Source: Gemmatimonadota bacterium
GTDB taxonomy: Bacteria > Gemmatimonadota > Gemmatimonadetes > Gemmatimonadales > GWC2-71-9
Direction of reading: 5' to 3'
Length of the DNA stretch: 64,000 bases
NCBI GenBank assembly: GCA_039588295.1
Contig: JBDHAB010000010.1
Location: forward strand, 57,914-121,913
The notes under the pieces were generated by a model, which saw only the letters and a program-made list of their open reading frames with translations, was not told the DNA's origin and made no database searches. This document shows positions 10,015-19,534 of the stretch, piece after piece. The stretch's first letter is position 1. Every line of letters starts with the position of its first letter. A program made the position numbers and the translations under genes.

Positions 10015-11704
10015 GTGGCGTCCAGGCGCCCTCGTGGCAGCCGTGGCGATCCTGGCGGCCGCGGGGTATGCGGATCCGCCGCTCCGCGACGCCCCCATCA
10101 TCTGGCACGTCGATGACCGGCGTGATATCCCGCCCCCAGCGCCACGTGACCCGCACGGCCTGCGGGCGGGTATCGATGCCATGTTCTTCCGGCCGACCGG
10201 CCGGATGTTCAATCCGGCCCGATGGGTTCGCCGCGTGGGAACCCTGTTCGGCGGCGATCACGTTGCTCACGCTTCGAACGTGAACAGCCTCGACGAGGTT
10301 CCGAACTCCTCCTGGTTCACGAACCGGATCGGGCTGTTCCGTGTGTCACCCGGCGAGGCGGCGCGCGGACCACTCACCAGTCTCGGTCCCGACCGAAGCG
10401 GCCAGTGGACCGTCGTGCGAGCGAAGACGGAAGGAGTGACACCGGGCTTCAACATCCGTGACGCCCGCGGCGACGTGTACGTCATCAAGTTCGATCCACC
10501 GGGCCACCTGGGTATGGCCACCGGTGCCGGTGTGATCTCGGGCCGCATCCTCCACACGATCGGATACAACGTCCCGGAAGACCGGGTAGTCCATTTCGAT
10601 CGTGACCAGCTCGTCGTGGGCAGCGACGTTACGATCACCCCACCTGATGGGCCCCCTCGCCCGATGACGGAGCAGGACTTGGACGACATCTTGAGCCGCG
10701 TCGAGCGCTCAGCCAACGACAGGTGGCGTGCGCTCGCGAGCAAATTCCTCAGTGGCACCCCGATTGGCCCGTTCGACTGGCGCGGCCGGCGTAAGGACGA
10801 CCCGAACGATCGGATCGACCACGAGGATCGACGTGAGCTCCGCGGACTCCGCATGTTCGCAGCCTGGATCTGTCACTTCGACACCAAGCAGGGTAACACG
10901 CTCGATATGTACGTCGACGAGGGCGGCCGCCGATTTGTCCGACACTACTTGATCGACTTCGCGAGCACACTCGGTGCGGGAGCGCTGGGTCCCGTCGCCA
11001 CCCACTGTCTGGAGTACGACAGTGACGTCGGGATGACGATCGGCCGTGCGCTCGCCTTGGGACTGTGGGAGGACCCGTGGCGCCGCATAGAGCGACCGGA
11101 CGGACTGGCTGAGATCGGGTATTTCGAGACCGACGCGTTCTACCCAATGGCGTTCAAGCCGCTGCAACCCAACTCAGCGTTCGCCAACATGACCGACCGG
11201 GACGGCTACTGGGCTGCCAAGATCATCTCGGCCTTCACCGACGAGCATCTCGAGGCGATTGTGGCCACTGGGAGCTATCCGAGTCCCGAAGCGGCTGAGT
11301 GGATCGTCCGCGCCCTCGGTATCCGCCGAGACGCGATCGCACGCTACTTCTTCGACCGGGTGGCTCCCCTCGATTTCTTCACGACCGATGACGGCGTGCT
11401 CCGGTTCCACGATCTCGGCGTGGAGCGGGGCATCTACTCCGCCGCAACAACGCTCTACCGGGCACGCGCAGCCGCGGTGACTCGAGAGCGAGTTCGCAGC
11501 GGGTGGACATCGTGGCTCAGCCTCGATGACACGCTGGTGAACCTGTCAGCGACGAACTCTCTCGTAGCGCCACCCGGAGGGGACACTGGGCGCTATCCGT
11601 TCCTCGCCGTGGAGGTTCAAGCGTCACGGCAGGGACGGTGGAGTGAGTCCGTGGTGGTGTATCTCTCGCGATCGAGCTGGCGGGTGGTCGAGCTCTCGCG
11701 CTAG
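9986..11704 (+). CDS. Exported protein with atypical kinase-like fold (HipA/CotH/PI3K-like)
   Basis: Signal-like N-terminus; EGVTPGF (Gly loop), YVIKFD (beta3 Lys), GYNVP, HFDTKQGN (catalytic loop), LIDFASTLG (DFG-like); overlaps the omp85 3' end. Confidence 0.65.
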   Translation: MGATRLPNARWRPGALVAAVAILAAAGYADPPLRDAPIIWHVDDRRDIPPPAPRDPHGLRAGIDAMFFRPTGRMFNPARWVRRVGTLFGGDHVAHASNVNSLDEVPNSSWFTNRIGLFRVSPGEAARGPLTSLGPDRSGQWTVVRAKTEGVTPGFNIRDARGDVYVIKFDPPGHLGMATGAGVISGRILHTIGYNVPEDRVVHFDRDQLVVGSDVTITPPDGPPRPMTEQDLDDILSRVERSANDRWRALASKFLSGTPIGPFDWRGRRKDDPNDRIDHEDRRELRGLRMFAAWICHFDTKQGNTLDMYVDEGGRRFVRHYLIDFASTLGAGALGPVATHCLEYDSDVGMTIGRALALGLWEDPWRRIERPDGLAEIGYFETDAFYPMAFKPLQPNSAFANMTDRDGYWAAKIISAFTDEHLEAIVATGSYPSPEAAEWIVRALGIRRDAIARYFFDRVAPLDFFTTDDGVLRFHDLGVERGIYSAATTLYRARAAAVTRERVRSGWTSWLSLDDTLVNLSATNSLVAPPGGDTGRYPFLAVEVQASRQGRWSESVVVYLSRSSWRVVELSR

Positions 11705-11708
11705 GCCG

Positions 11709-13268
11709 CTAGGAAGGCGAGAACTCGGGCAGGTTCGCGCACCACCACTGCGTGGCATCGTCCGAACTCCACCGATCCCCCACGTCACATGTGCTGAGAC
11801 GCTCCGCGAGTTCCTGCCCATCGCGCGGTCTCGCCGCCGGTTCCTTTTCCAAGCATGCGAGGATCAGCGCATCCAACGATGAACTGACCTCAAACTCCGA
11901 GCGCTGAGACGGCGGGAGCGGCGTGTTCCGGATATGGGCGAGCATCATCTTCATAGGCGTGTCGGCTTCAAAGACCAACTGACCCGTGAGCAACCAGTAG
12001 GCCACGCAGCCAAGGGCATACAGGTCGGACCGCCCATCCACGTCTTCGCCCCGGGCGAGCTCCGGAGACATGTAGGCTGGGGTCCCGGTCGTAATGTCCG
12101 GTGCGGTGAGCTTGGCCTGGTCACGCTCATCTTCGAGCCGTCCCTTGACCAGGCCGAAATCGAGCACCTTTACGAAATCCGCCTCGAGTCCTACCCAACA
12201 CGCGTACAGGTTCGCCGGTTTCACGTCGCGATGCACGAGCGCCCTGGCGTGCGCCTCGGCCAGTGAGTAACACGCCTGTCGCAGCAGGTAAACCACACGT
12301 GCAGGTCGCATGGGCCCAAACCGGTGCACCAGGGTTTCGAAATCGAGCCCCCGCAGCAGCTCCATCACGTAGTACAGGCTTCCCTCTCCGGTCACACCGA
12401 AATCGTACAGCGCAATGGTGTGCGGCGAACTGAGACTTGCCGCCGCCTCCGCCTCACGCTTGAACCGGCGCACGACCGTGTCTACCGGCTCCAGTTCATT
12501 CGCACTCAGCACTCCAGGGCGAATGAGCTTGACCGCAGCGGGTCGTCGCAGCATACGATGCCGGGCGGCGTATACCTCGCCCATCCCTCCTTTGCCTAGG
12601 AGATCTCCCAGGCGATAACTGCCCAGCTCACGCGCGTCACGCACCTGATGTCCCAGCCGCGTGATGATGTGGGCCGGGATGACCGCCAGGAGTGCGCAGA
12701 TGTAGTTAGGCAGATACGTCCACAGAATCACCGGGAACGAGGGGGTGGCAATCCCCCGTAAGTTGGTGATCCAGAGCCCCACCGGATCCATGGATGCCGC
12801 GGCCAGCGCTGCGAGTAAGGTTCGGTTTCGCGTGTGTGGCACGATCATGGGATGCACGAGCACGAGCACGCAGATCCACGACAGGCCCTTCGTATTGGGT
12901 GTCCACTGATTCACTAGCCCGATGGCGAACGCCAATCCGACCTCGTACCAGAGTCCGAGATCGAGCGAGAACACACAGTCGCAGGCGTGCCATCGGGTGT
13001 AGGCGAACAGCGCGAGTGAGAGCAGGATGACTGCGGCAGCAACCGGATTGCCCGGCCACGGCCAGGCGTCATCGAGCGGGAGGCCCGGAGAGAGAATGGG
13101 GCTCACGACGTTGTTCATCAGGAGCGAGAGCCCCCACAGCGCCGCCCACATGAGACACGCGACGCCCAGCCGCCGCGACGCGGCTTCGAGAAGGTCGGAA
13201 GGCAACGCATCTGCAGCGCCTGCTGGCGTGGTGCGCAGTGCGCCTTCGACGGACGGTGTGGCGGTCAT
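11709..13268 (-). CDS. Ser/Thr protein kinase with N-terminal multi-TM sensor (paralog of 5475..7094)
   Basis: LGKGGMGEVY, HRDVKPAN, DFG, GTPAYMSPE; shares WPGN, NQW, SWICV, ASMDP and LPNYICAL motifs; alternative start 13295. Confidence 0.95.
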   Translation of the reverse strand: MTATPSVEGALRTTPAGAADALPSDLLEAASRRLGVACLMWAALWGLSLLMNNVVSPILSPGLPLDDAWPWPGNPVAAAVILLSLALFAYTRWHACDCVFSLDLGLWYEVGLAFAIGLVNQWTPNTKGLSWICVLVLVHPMIVPHTRNRTLLAALAAASMDPVGLWITNLRGIATPSFPVILWTYLPNYICALLAVIPAHIITRLGHQVRDARELGSYRLGDLLGKGGMGEVYAARHRMLRRPAAVKLIRPGVLSANELEPVDTVVRRFKREAEAAASLSSPHTIALYDFGVTGEGSLYYVMELLRGLDFETLVHRFGPMRPARVVYLLRQACYSLAEAHARALVHRDVKPANLYACWVGLEADFVKVLDFGLVKGRLEDERDQAKLTAPDITTGTPAYMSPELARGEDVDGRSDLYALGCVAYWLLTGQLVFEADTPMKMMLAHIRNTPLPPSQRSEFEVSSSLDALILACLEKEPAARPRDGQELAERLSTCDVGDRWSSDDATQWWCANLPEFSPS

Positions 13269-13407
13269 CGCTGGACCCGTGGCCGTTCGATTCACGTATT
13301 GTCATGGGTCGCCGATTCCGAGATCCGAGCGGGGTGCGCCGCACCGCTACCGCCGAACGACACGATGATCTCGGACGGCGGATCGCGAGCGACCCCCGAC
13401 AGCCCGA

Positions 13408-14865
13408 GTGACGAAGACGCCCGACCCCGAACTGCGGAATTCCGAGCACCCACCCGAGGCCTGGCATCCTGCCCGGCGCGCCGCGCGAGCCGTGTTCCAA
13501 CCCATCGAGCGGTTCCTCCACGTGGAAGCGGCGAGTGGTGTGCTCCTGATCTTGGCCGCCGCAATCGCGTTGGCTTGGGCCAACTCGCCGTGGGCGCAGC
13601 ACTACGACGACCTCTGGCACACGCCCCTGCGCGTAGGTGTCGCCAAGTGGACGATCGAGCGATCCCTGCATTTCTGGATCAACGAGCTCCTCATGACCGT
13701 GTTCTTCTTGCTCGCGGGGCTCGAGATCAAGCGTGAACTGGTGCACGGGGCACTGTCCGACCGCCGGCGTGCCGCGCTGCCGGTCGCCGCTGCAATCGGT
13801 GGCATGCTCGTACCGGCCGCGATCTACGTTGCGCTCAATACGTCCGGCGCGACCGCGAGAGGCTGGGGAGTACCGATGGCCACCGATATCGCCTTCGCGG
13901 TAGGCATCCTGGTGCTGCTCGGCAACCGTATTCACCCGGCGTTGCGCGTCCTCCTCTTGGCGTTCGCGATCATCGATGATGTGGGCGCGATTCTCGTGAT
14001 CGCCCTCTTCTACTCCAGTGGCTTCGCGCCACAGGGCCTGGTGCTCGCCGCCGGCGGGCTTCTCTTAGCCTTGCTCTTTCTGTGGACAGGCGTTCGCCCG
14101 GGACTCGTGTTCACCGCTCCGCTGCTCGTCATGTGGGCCGGGCTGTACACCGCGGGAATTCACCCGACGATCGCCGGGGTCGTGCTTGGGCTCCTCATTC
14201 CGGTCCGCGCCTGGTACGGACCCGAAGGCTTTGTGCGGGCCGCCCGTGACGCGCTGCATGAGTTCGCGCAGCGTGTCCAAGCCGGCGTGGGGGATCACCA
14301 GCTGCTCCAGCCGCTGGGGCAGATCGCGGAGGCGCAACGCGAGGCGGTGGCCCCCGGAGTGCGCGGCGAAGCGGCACTCCATCCCTGGGTAGCATACGGG
14401 ATCATGCCCCTCTTCGCACTGGCCAACGCCGGCGTCAACGTGAGCGGAATCAGCCTCAATGCGCCGGGCGCAGGCACCGTGCTCGGTGGCGTGACCCTTG
14501 GGCTTCTCATAGGCAAGCCGCTCGGCGTGCTGTTCGCCAGCTGGCTGGGCACGCGCCTCAGGCTTTGCACCCTACCCGAAGGTGTAACGTGGGGTGGCAT
14601 GGCCATTGTTGGCGTCGCGGGGGCGATCGGCTTCACGATGGCTATCTTCATCGGTGAGCTCGCGTTTGCTGATTCGGAGTACCTCGCGGTGGCGAAACTC
14701 GGCGTATTGCTCGCCACCGCAGTTGCGGGCGCGGTCGCCCTCGTGGGCGGGCGTCTCCTCCTGCCAGCCAAGCCGGCGACCGTACCCACCGGCCTCACCG
14801 AGAGCGTCGCGGAGCGGTCAACGAGCCTGTGGTCCGCAGACGCGCAGAGAACTGTCACGCATTAG
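13408..14865 (+). CDS. nhaA: Na+/H+ antiporter NhaA
   Basis: [41 protein letters not shown]. Confidence 0.95.
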   Translation: MTKTPDPELRNSEHPPEAWHPARRAARAVFQPIERFLHVEAASGVLLILAAAIALAWANSPWAQHYDDLWHTPLRVGVAKWTIERSLHFWINELLMTVFFLLAGLEIKRELVHGALSDRRRAALPVAAAIGGMLVPAAIYVALNTSGATARGWGVPMATDIAFAVGILVLLGNRIHPALRVLLLAFAIIDDVGAILVIALFYSSGFAPQGLVLAAGGLLLALLFLWTGVRPGLVFTAPLLVMWAGLYTAGIHPTIAGVVLGLLIPVRAWYGPEGFVRAARDALHEFAQRVQAGVGDHQLLQPLGQIAEAQREAVAPGVRGEAALHPWVAYGIMPLFALANAGVNVSGISLNAPGAGTVLGGVTLGLLIGKPLGVLFASWLGTRLRLCTLPEGVTWGGMAIVGVAGAIGFTMAIFIGELAFADSEYLAVAKLGVLLATAVAGAVALVGGRLLLPAKPATVPTGLTESVAERSTSLWSADAQRTVTH

Positions 14866-14882
14866 AGAACGGTGACGAGATC

Positions 14883-16328
14883 ATGAACGCTGCACATCGC
14901 TCAAGTCCGGTCGATCGATTCCTGCGACTCTTCACCGATATTCGGGCGGGGGAGAGCCGCACGGCCCTGCTGCTGATGTTGAACATCTTCCTGATCTTCG
15001 TCGCCTATTCGATCATGAAAGTGCTGCGAGAGGTGCTGGTCCTCAGTCAGGGGGAGGTCGAGAGCAAGGCCATATCGGCCGGCGGTCAGGCACTTGTGCT
15101 GCTGGCAGCCGTTCCACTCTACGGCATGATCGCGTCACGCGTGCCGCGTCGCCGCCTGATCAACATCGTCACCGTCTTCTTCGTGGTGTGCCTCGGGGCG
15201 TTCTATGCCTTCTACACACTGCAGATGCCGATCGGCATCGCGTTCTACATCTGGCTCGGGGTTTTCAACGTGATGGTGATCGCCCAGTTCTGGGCGTTTG
15301 CCAACGACGTGTATACCACGGACGAAGGCAAGCGGCTGTTTCCCATCATCGGCTTTGGATCGGCCTCGGGTGCCGTAGTCGGAGCGTGGGCCGCTGGTGT
15401 GCTACAGAGTGCGGTTGGCATCGGGTTCGCTCTGCTTATTGCTGCGGGCCTCCTCCTTCTCGGCGTGGCCGTCTCGAACATGGTCGACAGCAGGGAGCGG
15501 CGGCGGACCGAGGCACACCTCCCCGAGATACACACGACGGGCACGATGCCCGCGGCCACTGGACAGTTCCGTGCAGCCACCGGCGAGTTCCGCGTGCCGG
15601 ACGAGGACTACCAGCGGGAGAGCGGCACATTCCGGGCGATCGCGTCAGAGGAGGCAGTGGCGGACGAGCCCCCGACATCGACGGGAGGTGCGTTCCAACT
15701 CGCGTTCCGCAACCGTTACCTGCTGTTGATAGCGCTACTCGTGTTGCTCCTCAATTGGGTCAATACGAGCGGAGAGCTGATTCTCTCCGCATTCGTGACC
15801 GAGGCGGCCGACCGTGCGGTCGCGGCCGGGGAAGCGACACGGGAGGAGGTTCTCGGGCGCTTCTATTCCGGGTTCCAGGGCACCGTGAACCTCGTTGGGA
15901 TGCTGGTCCAGCTGTTTCTCGTCTCGCGGATCATCAAGTACTTGAACATTCCGGTTGCGCTCCTGATCCTGCCCATCGTGTCCTTTGCTGCCTACTCGCT
16001 GATCCTCTTCGTTCCGCTGCTCGCAGCGGTCCGGTGGGCGAAGACCGGAGAAAATGCTACCGACTACTCACTGAACAACACGGTGCGGCACGCACTGTTT
16101 CTGCCCACAACACGAGAGGAGAAGTACAAGGCCAAGCAAGTGGTCGACTCGTTCTCACAGCGCATTGGCGACGTAATGGCAGCAGTGACGTGGCTGGGTG
16201 GCGCGGCGCTCCTGGGGTTCGCCTATACGCAGCTTGCTACGGTCAATCTCGTGCTCGTCGGCGTCTGGATCGTCATTGCCGTGCTGATCGGGAGACGCTA
16301 CAGGAGGCTGGCTGCTGTAGCCGCCTAG
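14883..16328 (+). CDS. NTT/TLC-family (Npt1/Npt2-like) nucleotide transporter
   Basis: About 12 TMs; K.LRE motif, QFWAFAND, GKRLFP, DYSLNNT, KYKAKQVVD, RIGD. Confidence 0.85.
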   Translation: MNAAHRSSPVDRFLRLFTDIRAGESRTALLLMLNIFLIFVAYSIMKVLREVLVLSQGEVESKAISAGGQALVLLAAVPLYGMIASRVPRRRLINIVTVFFVVCLGAFYAFYTLQMPIGIAFYIWLGVFNVMVIAQFWAFANDVYTTDEGKRLFPIIGFGSASGAVVGAWAAGVLQSAVGIGFALLIAAGLLLLGVAVSNMVDSRERRRTEAHLPEIHTTGTMPAATGQFRAATGEFRVPDEDYQRESGTFRAIASEEAVADEPPTSTGGAFQLAFRNRYLLLIALLVLLLNWVNTSGELILSAFVTEAADRAVAAGEATREEVLGRFYSGFQGTVNLVGMLVQLFLVSRIIKYLNIPVALLILPIVSFAAYSLILFVPLLAAVRWAKTGENATDYSLNNTVRHALFLPTTREEKYKAKQVVDSFSQRIGDVMAAVTWLGGAALLGFAYTQLATVNLVLVGVWIVIAVLIGRRYRRLAAVAA

Positions 16329-16382
16329 CAGCTGCCGGTGGCATCCACTAGCCTCCAGCGAGGACGCGGGTAACGACCGGGG

Positions 16383-18617
16383 CTACTCGTCCGTTTCCGG
16401 CGGCTTCTTCCGGAGGGCCTCAAGGTTCAGCGCGATCGACTGGTTGGAGGCCAGGAGGTCTTGGAGCACCTGGTCAGCCGAGCGACGCTCCTTGATGTGC
16501 GGCCGAGTGTCCTCGAGGAACGGCCACAGCGGACGGCGGATCTTCTCGGGCAGCAAGGTCTCCAGGTACTCCAACGCCGTACCGCGCAAGAGTTGGTCGT
16601 CCGTATGGAGCCCGCGAAATGCGACCTTGAGGGGCTGACGGGGCAGCACGAGCGCGAGCACGGTGAAAACGTGTTCCAGTCCCCGATTGGCCCGCTTGCG
16701 CAGCATTTCATCCATCACCGGCGACCACGCCTCGTCCTCTGTCTGGTCCAGCACCCGGTGGCTCTCCCACACCCCCTTGTCGACTGCCACCTCTCGCAGA
16801 ACGGCGGCGAACGCCCGCTCCCGGTCTACCACCAGCGTGTGGTTGAGATCGAGCAGTCGGCTCAGGGCTCGGCCGCAGCGATAGCGCACCTCAAACCGCG
16901 GGTCCTCCAGCCCGCGGAGCAGACCGTCCACTGCGCGTTCGGTTGGACAAGCGGCCAGCACGAGTGGGATTCTGCGGCGAACCGCGAACTCCTCACTGGG
17001 ATCGACGAGGTGATCCACCAGCTGCCCCGTGGCCTCCATGGCAGCATCCCGCAGGGCCACAATCGCATCACGCAATACGTCGTCCCAGGCCAGCAAGGCG
17101 ATCGCGTGGGGGACGAGCGCCGGAGTCAGCGGTCCGGCTCGGAGAACGGCCCGGGTTCGGCTGACGTGACGCGACCTCAGCTCGACGATCCGGTCGATTT
17201 CGGCATCGCGCGGCCCACTCGGTCGCAGCTCGGCGGCCGCCTCACTTACCTCGCCCGCCCCTGCATCCGGCGCGGCGGGTACACTCGCGCGCACTTTGGT
17301 GAGCCCGAGGTCGGCGGCGCTCTGGAGCACCGTGGTGCGCGTAATGGCATCCTGCACTTCATCGAGATCGAGTTGCACCGCGCGCGACAGCAGGCTCTTC
17401 TCCAATGTGCGCACGTAGCCCGAGCGGAGGCGGAGCGCGAGCACAATCGCCACAATCGAGAGCACAACAGCGAACCCGAGTAACGTGCGTAACGCCGCCG
17501 CCGCCGCCACAACCAGGAGGGTGAGCTGCACGAGACCGCCCCCCGCGACATCGCCCAGCCGGACAACACCCACGTCCACCAAGGCTTTCGCGGCTCGCTT
17601 CTTCACCGGGGCGACAGGAGTGAACAGGAGCTCATACCCGGCGCGATACAGCCCATTGCGTGTTACCGCCTCCATGCTGCGCGCGATGGTCGCGCTTGGG
17701 AAACCGGGGACGGCGATCGCCCCGATGCCGCCCAGCGCTGCACCAAGCGGCAGCAGCGAAACGGTCCGCGTGAGTCCCAAGTGCTGAAGTGCTGGACGGC
17801 TGGCGAGCGCCTGGACGACGACCGTGAGCAGCGCAACACCCGTGTAGAACACGGCAAAGACCCTGGTCAGCGACTGTTCCCCTCCCCCGAACTCCTCCGT
17901 CACGCTCGCTTTGAACACGTAATCGATGAGCACTTCGCTCACCGCGAGAAGCAGAACGAGCGCTACGAGACCTCTCAGATAGGACGTTTCCGCGATCACC
18001 TTGAGACCGGAGCGCGCTGGTGGCTCGTCTTCCCGCTTGACGGCCACCGGCTGATCACCCGGAGTACGCACACTGAAGACCAGTACGGCGCAAAGAAGGT
18101 GTAGGCCCGCAAGGATCGGGAGCATCGTCACGACAGACGGAAGTCCCGCGGCCAAGAGACCCCCGAGCAGTCCGCCCACAGTCCCACCAGCCGCGATGCG
18201 GCCGATGTACCGTTTGGCGGTCCGCGGGTCGAACCGCTCGTTGACCACCGACCAGAAACCGGAAACCAGGACCGCACCGAGTGCCCCGTAGTGCAGATAG
18301 AGGATGATTGCGACGGCCTGACGGTACGATCCAACGAGGGCCCACTCGGCAAGCAGGAGGGCCGCGCTGAGCACGAACGCGGCCTGAACCAGACGTCCTG
18401 GTCCCCAAGAGGTCATCCATCGGGCCGCGATCAGGGCGGTCACGACCGACACCACGGCCGACGTCACGACCATCCTGGGGAGGTCGGAAACGTCAAAGCT
18501 GGACAGGAACAGCCCGTCGCGCGTTGCCTTCGCCGCCATCTGGAAGGCAATCATCGTACCCGCAGCCAGCACGGCGGCGATGTACGCTTGTCCAGAATCG
18601 CGTGAACCAGTGGCCAC
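16383..18617 (-). CDS. NTT-family transporter fused to a C-terminal HEAT-repeat region
   Basis: KATRDGLFLS, GFWSVVNERFDPRTAKR, YELLFTP, KALVD; HEAT-like LEDPRFEVRYRCGRAL and RGTALEYLE. Confidence 0.8.
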   Translation of the reverse strand: MATGSRDSGQAYIAAVLAAGTMIAFQMAAKATRDGLFLSSFDVSDLPRMVVTSAVVSVVTALIAARWMTSWGPGRLVQAAFVLSAALLLAEWALVGSYRQAVAIILYLHYGALGAVLVSGFWSVVNERFDPRTAKRYIGRIAAGGTVGGLLGGLLAAGLPSVVTMLPILAGLHLLCAVLVFSVRTPGDQPVAVKREDEPPARSGLKVIAETSYLRGLVALVLLLAVSEVLIDYVFKASVTEEFGGGEQSLTRVFAVFYTGVALLTVVVQALASRPALQHLGLTRTVSLLPLGAALGGIGAIAVPGFPSATIARSMEAVTRNGLYRAGYELLFTPVAPVKKRAAKALVDVGVVRLGDVAGGGLVQLTLLVVAAAAALRTLLGFAVVLSIVAIVLALRLRSGYVRTLEKSLLSRAVQLDLDEVQDAITRTTVLQSAADLGLTKVRASVPAAPDAGAGEVSEAAAELRPSGPRDAEIDRIVELRSRHVSRTRAVLRAGPLTPALVPHAIALLAWDDVLRDAIVALRDAAMEATGQLVDHLVDPSEEFAVRRRIPLVLAACPTERAVDGLLRGLEDPRFEVRYRCGRALSRLLDLNHTLVVDRERAFAAVLREVAVDKGVWESHRVLDQTEDEAWSPVMDEMLRKRANRGLEHVFTVLALVLPRQPLKVAFRGLHTDDQLLRGTALEYLETLLPEKIRRPLWPFLEDTRPHIKERRSADQVLQDLLASNQSIALNLEALRKKPPETDE

Positions 18618-18823
18618 GAAGACTCCTTTGAGACCCGGCCGTCGGTGCGTCCTCTAAACTAGCGCCTAGGAACCGGATCGCGACGGTCCAGCTTCCAACC
18701 ATGACGTGGTCTCACGCCCACGCAACTGGCCAAGACCGGTCCCTAGTCGTCAAATTGTTGGATTGTCCCGCCGGTTGACCGGGACAGCACCCAGATCTCA
18801 TTGCAGCAGGAGGGTGATCCCGC

Positions 18824-19435
18824 ATGGGTCGTGCGGCGTTGCTGACGGCTTCGGCGCTTCTCGCGCTGGCCTGCCGTCCACAGCAGGCGGAGCAGGAATC
18901 TGCGCAATCCGTAGCTGTGGATCCGACGCCGCGCGTGGTGTTGGAGACGACGAGCGGGCAGATTGTGGTGCAGCTCGACCGCGAGAAGGCCCCGACGACC
19001 GTCGAGAACTTCTTGGCGCACGTCGACATCGGGTTCTACGACGGCCTGATCTTCCACCGCGTGGAGCGGGGCTTCGTCATCCAGGCTGGCTACTACACAC
19101 CTGACATGCGTCGCGCGAGCACGTCGGCGGCCCCCATCATGAACGAGGGCCAGAATGGGCTGCCAAACGTTCGAGGCAGCGTCGCCATGGCAAGAACGGA
19201 CTATCCCCATAGTGCAACCACGCAGTTCTTCATCAACCTGAAAGACAATCCGTCCCTCAACGCGGATCAGTATGGCGACGGTTTTGGACACGCCGTGTTC
19301 GGACACGTCGTTGACGGTATGGATGTCATCGATCGGATTGCGGCCGCGCGGACGAACCGGCGGGGAACAAATCTGTACCTTCCCGTGGTACCAATCGTCA
19401 TCAATCGCGCGTTCGTTCTCGACGAGGACGCGTAG
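18824..19435 (+). CDS. Cyclophilin-type peptidyl-prolyl isomerase (lipoprotein)
   Basis: Lipobox LALAC; APTTVENF, FYDGLIFHRV, MART, QFFIN, VFGHVVDG. Confidence 0.93.
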   Translation: MGRAALLTASALLALACRPQQAEQESAQSVAVDPTPRVVLETTSGQIVVQLDREKAPTTVENFLAHVDIGFYDGLIFHRVERGFVIQAGYYTPDMRRASTSAAPIMNEGQNGLPNVRGSVAMARTDYPHSATTQFFINLKDNPSLNADQYGDGFGHAVFGHVVDGMDVIDRIAAARTNRRGTNLYLPVVPIVINRAFVLDEDA

Positions 19436-19534
19436 CCCACATCGCGGTCTGCCCACTCACAGCACGAGGTTCCGCGGCGCCGGATCGACGCTTTGTCTGA
19501 GCCTCACCAGGACACGAGCCCCACATCGGTGCGT

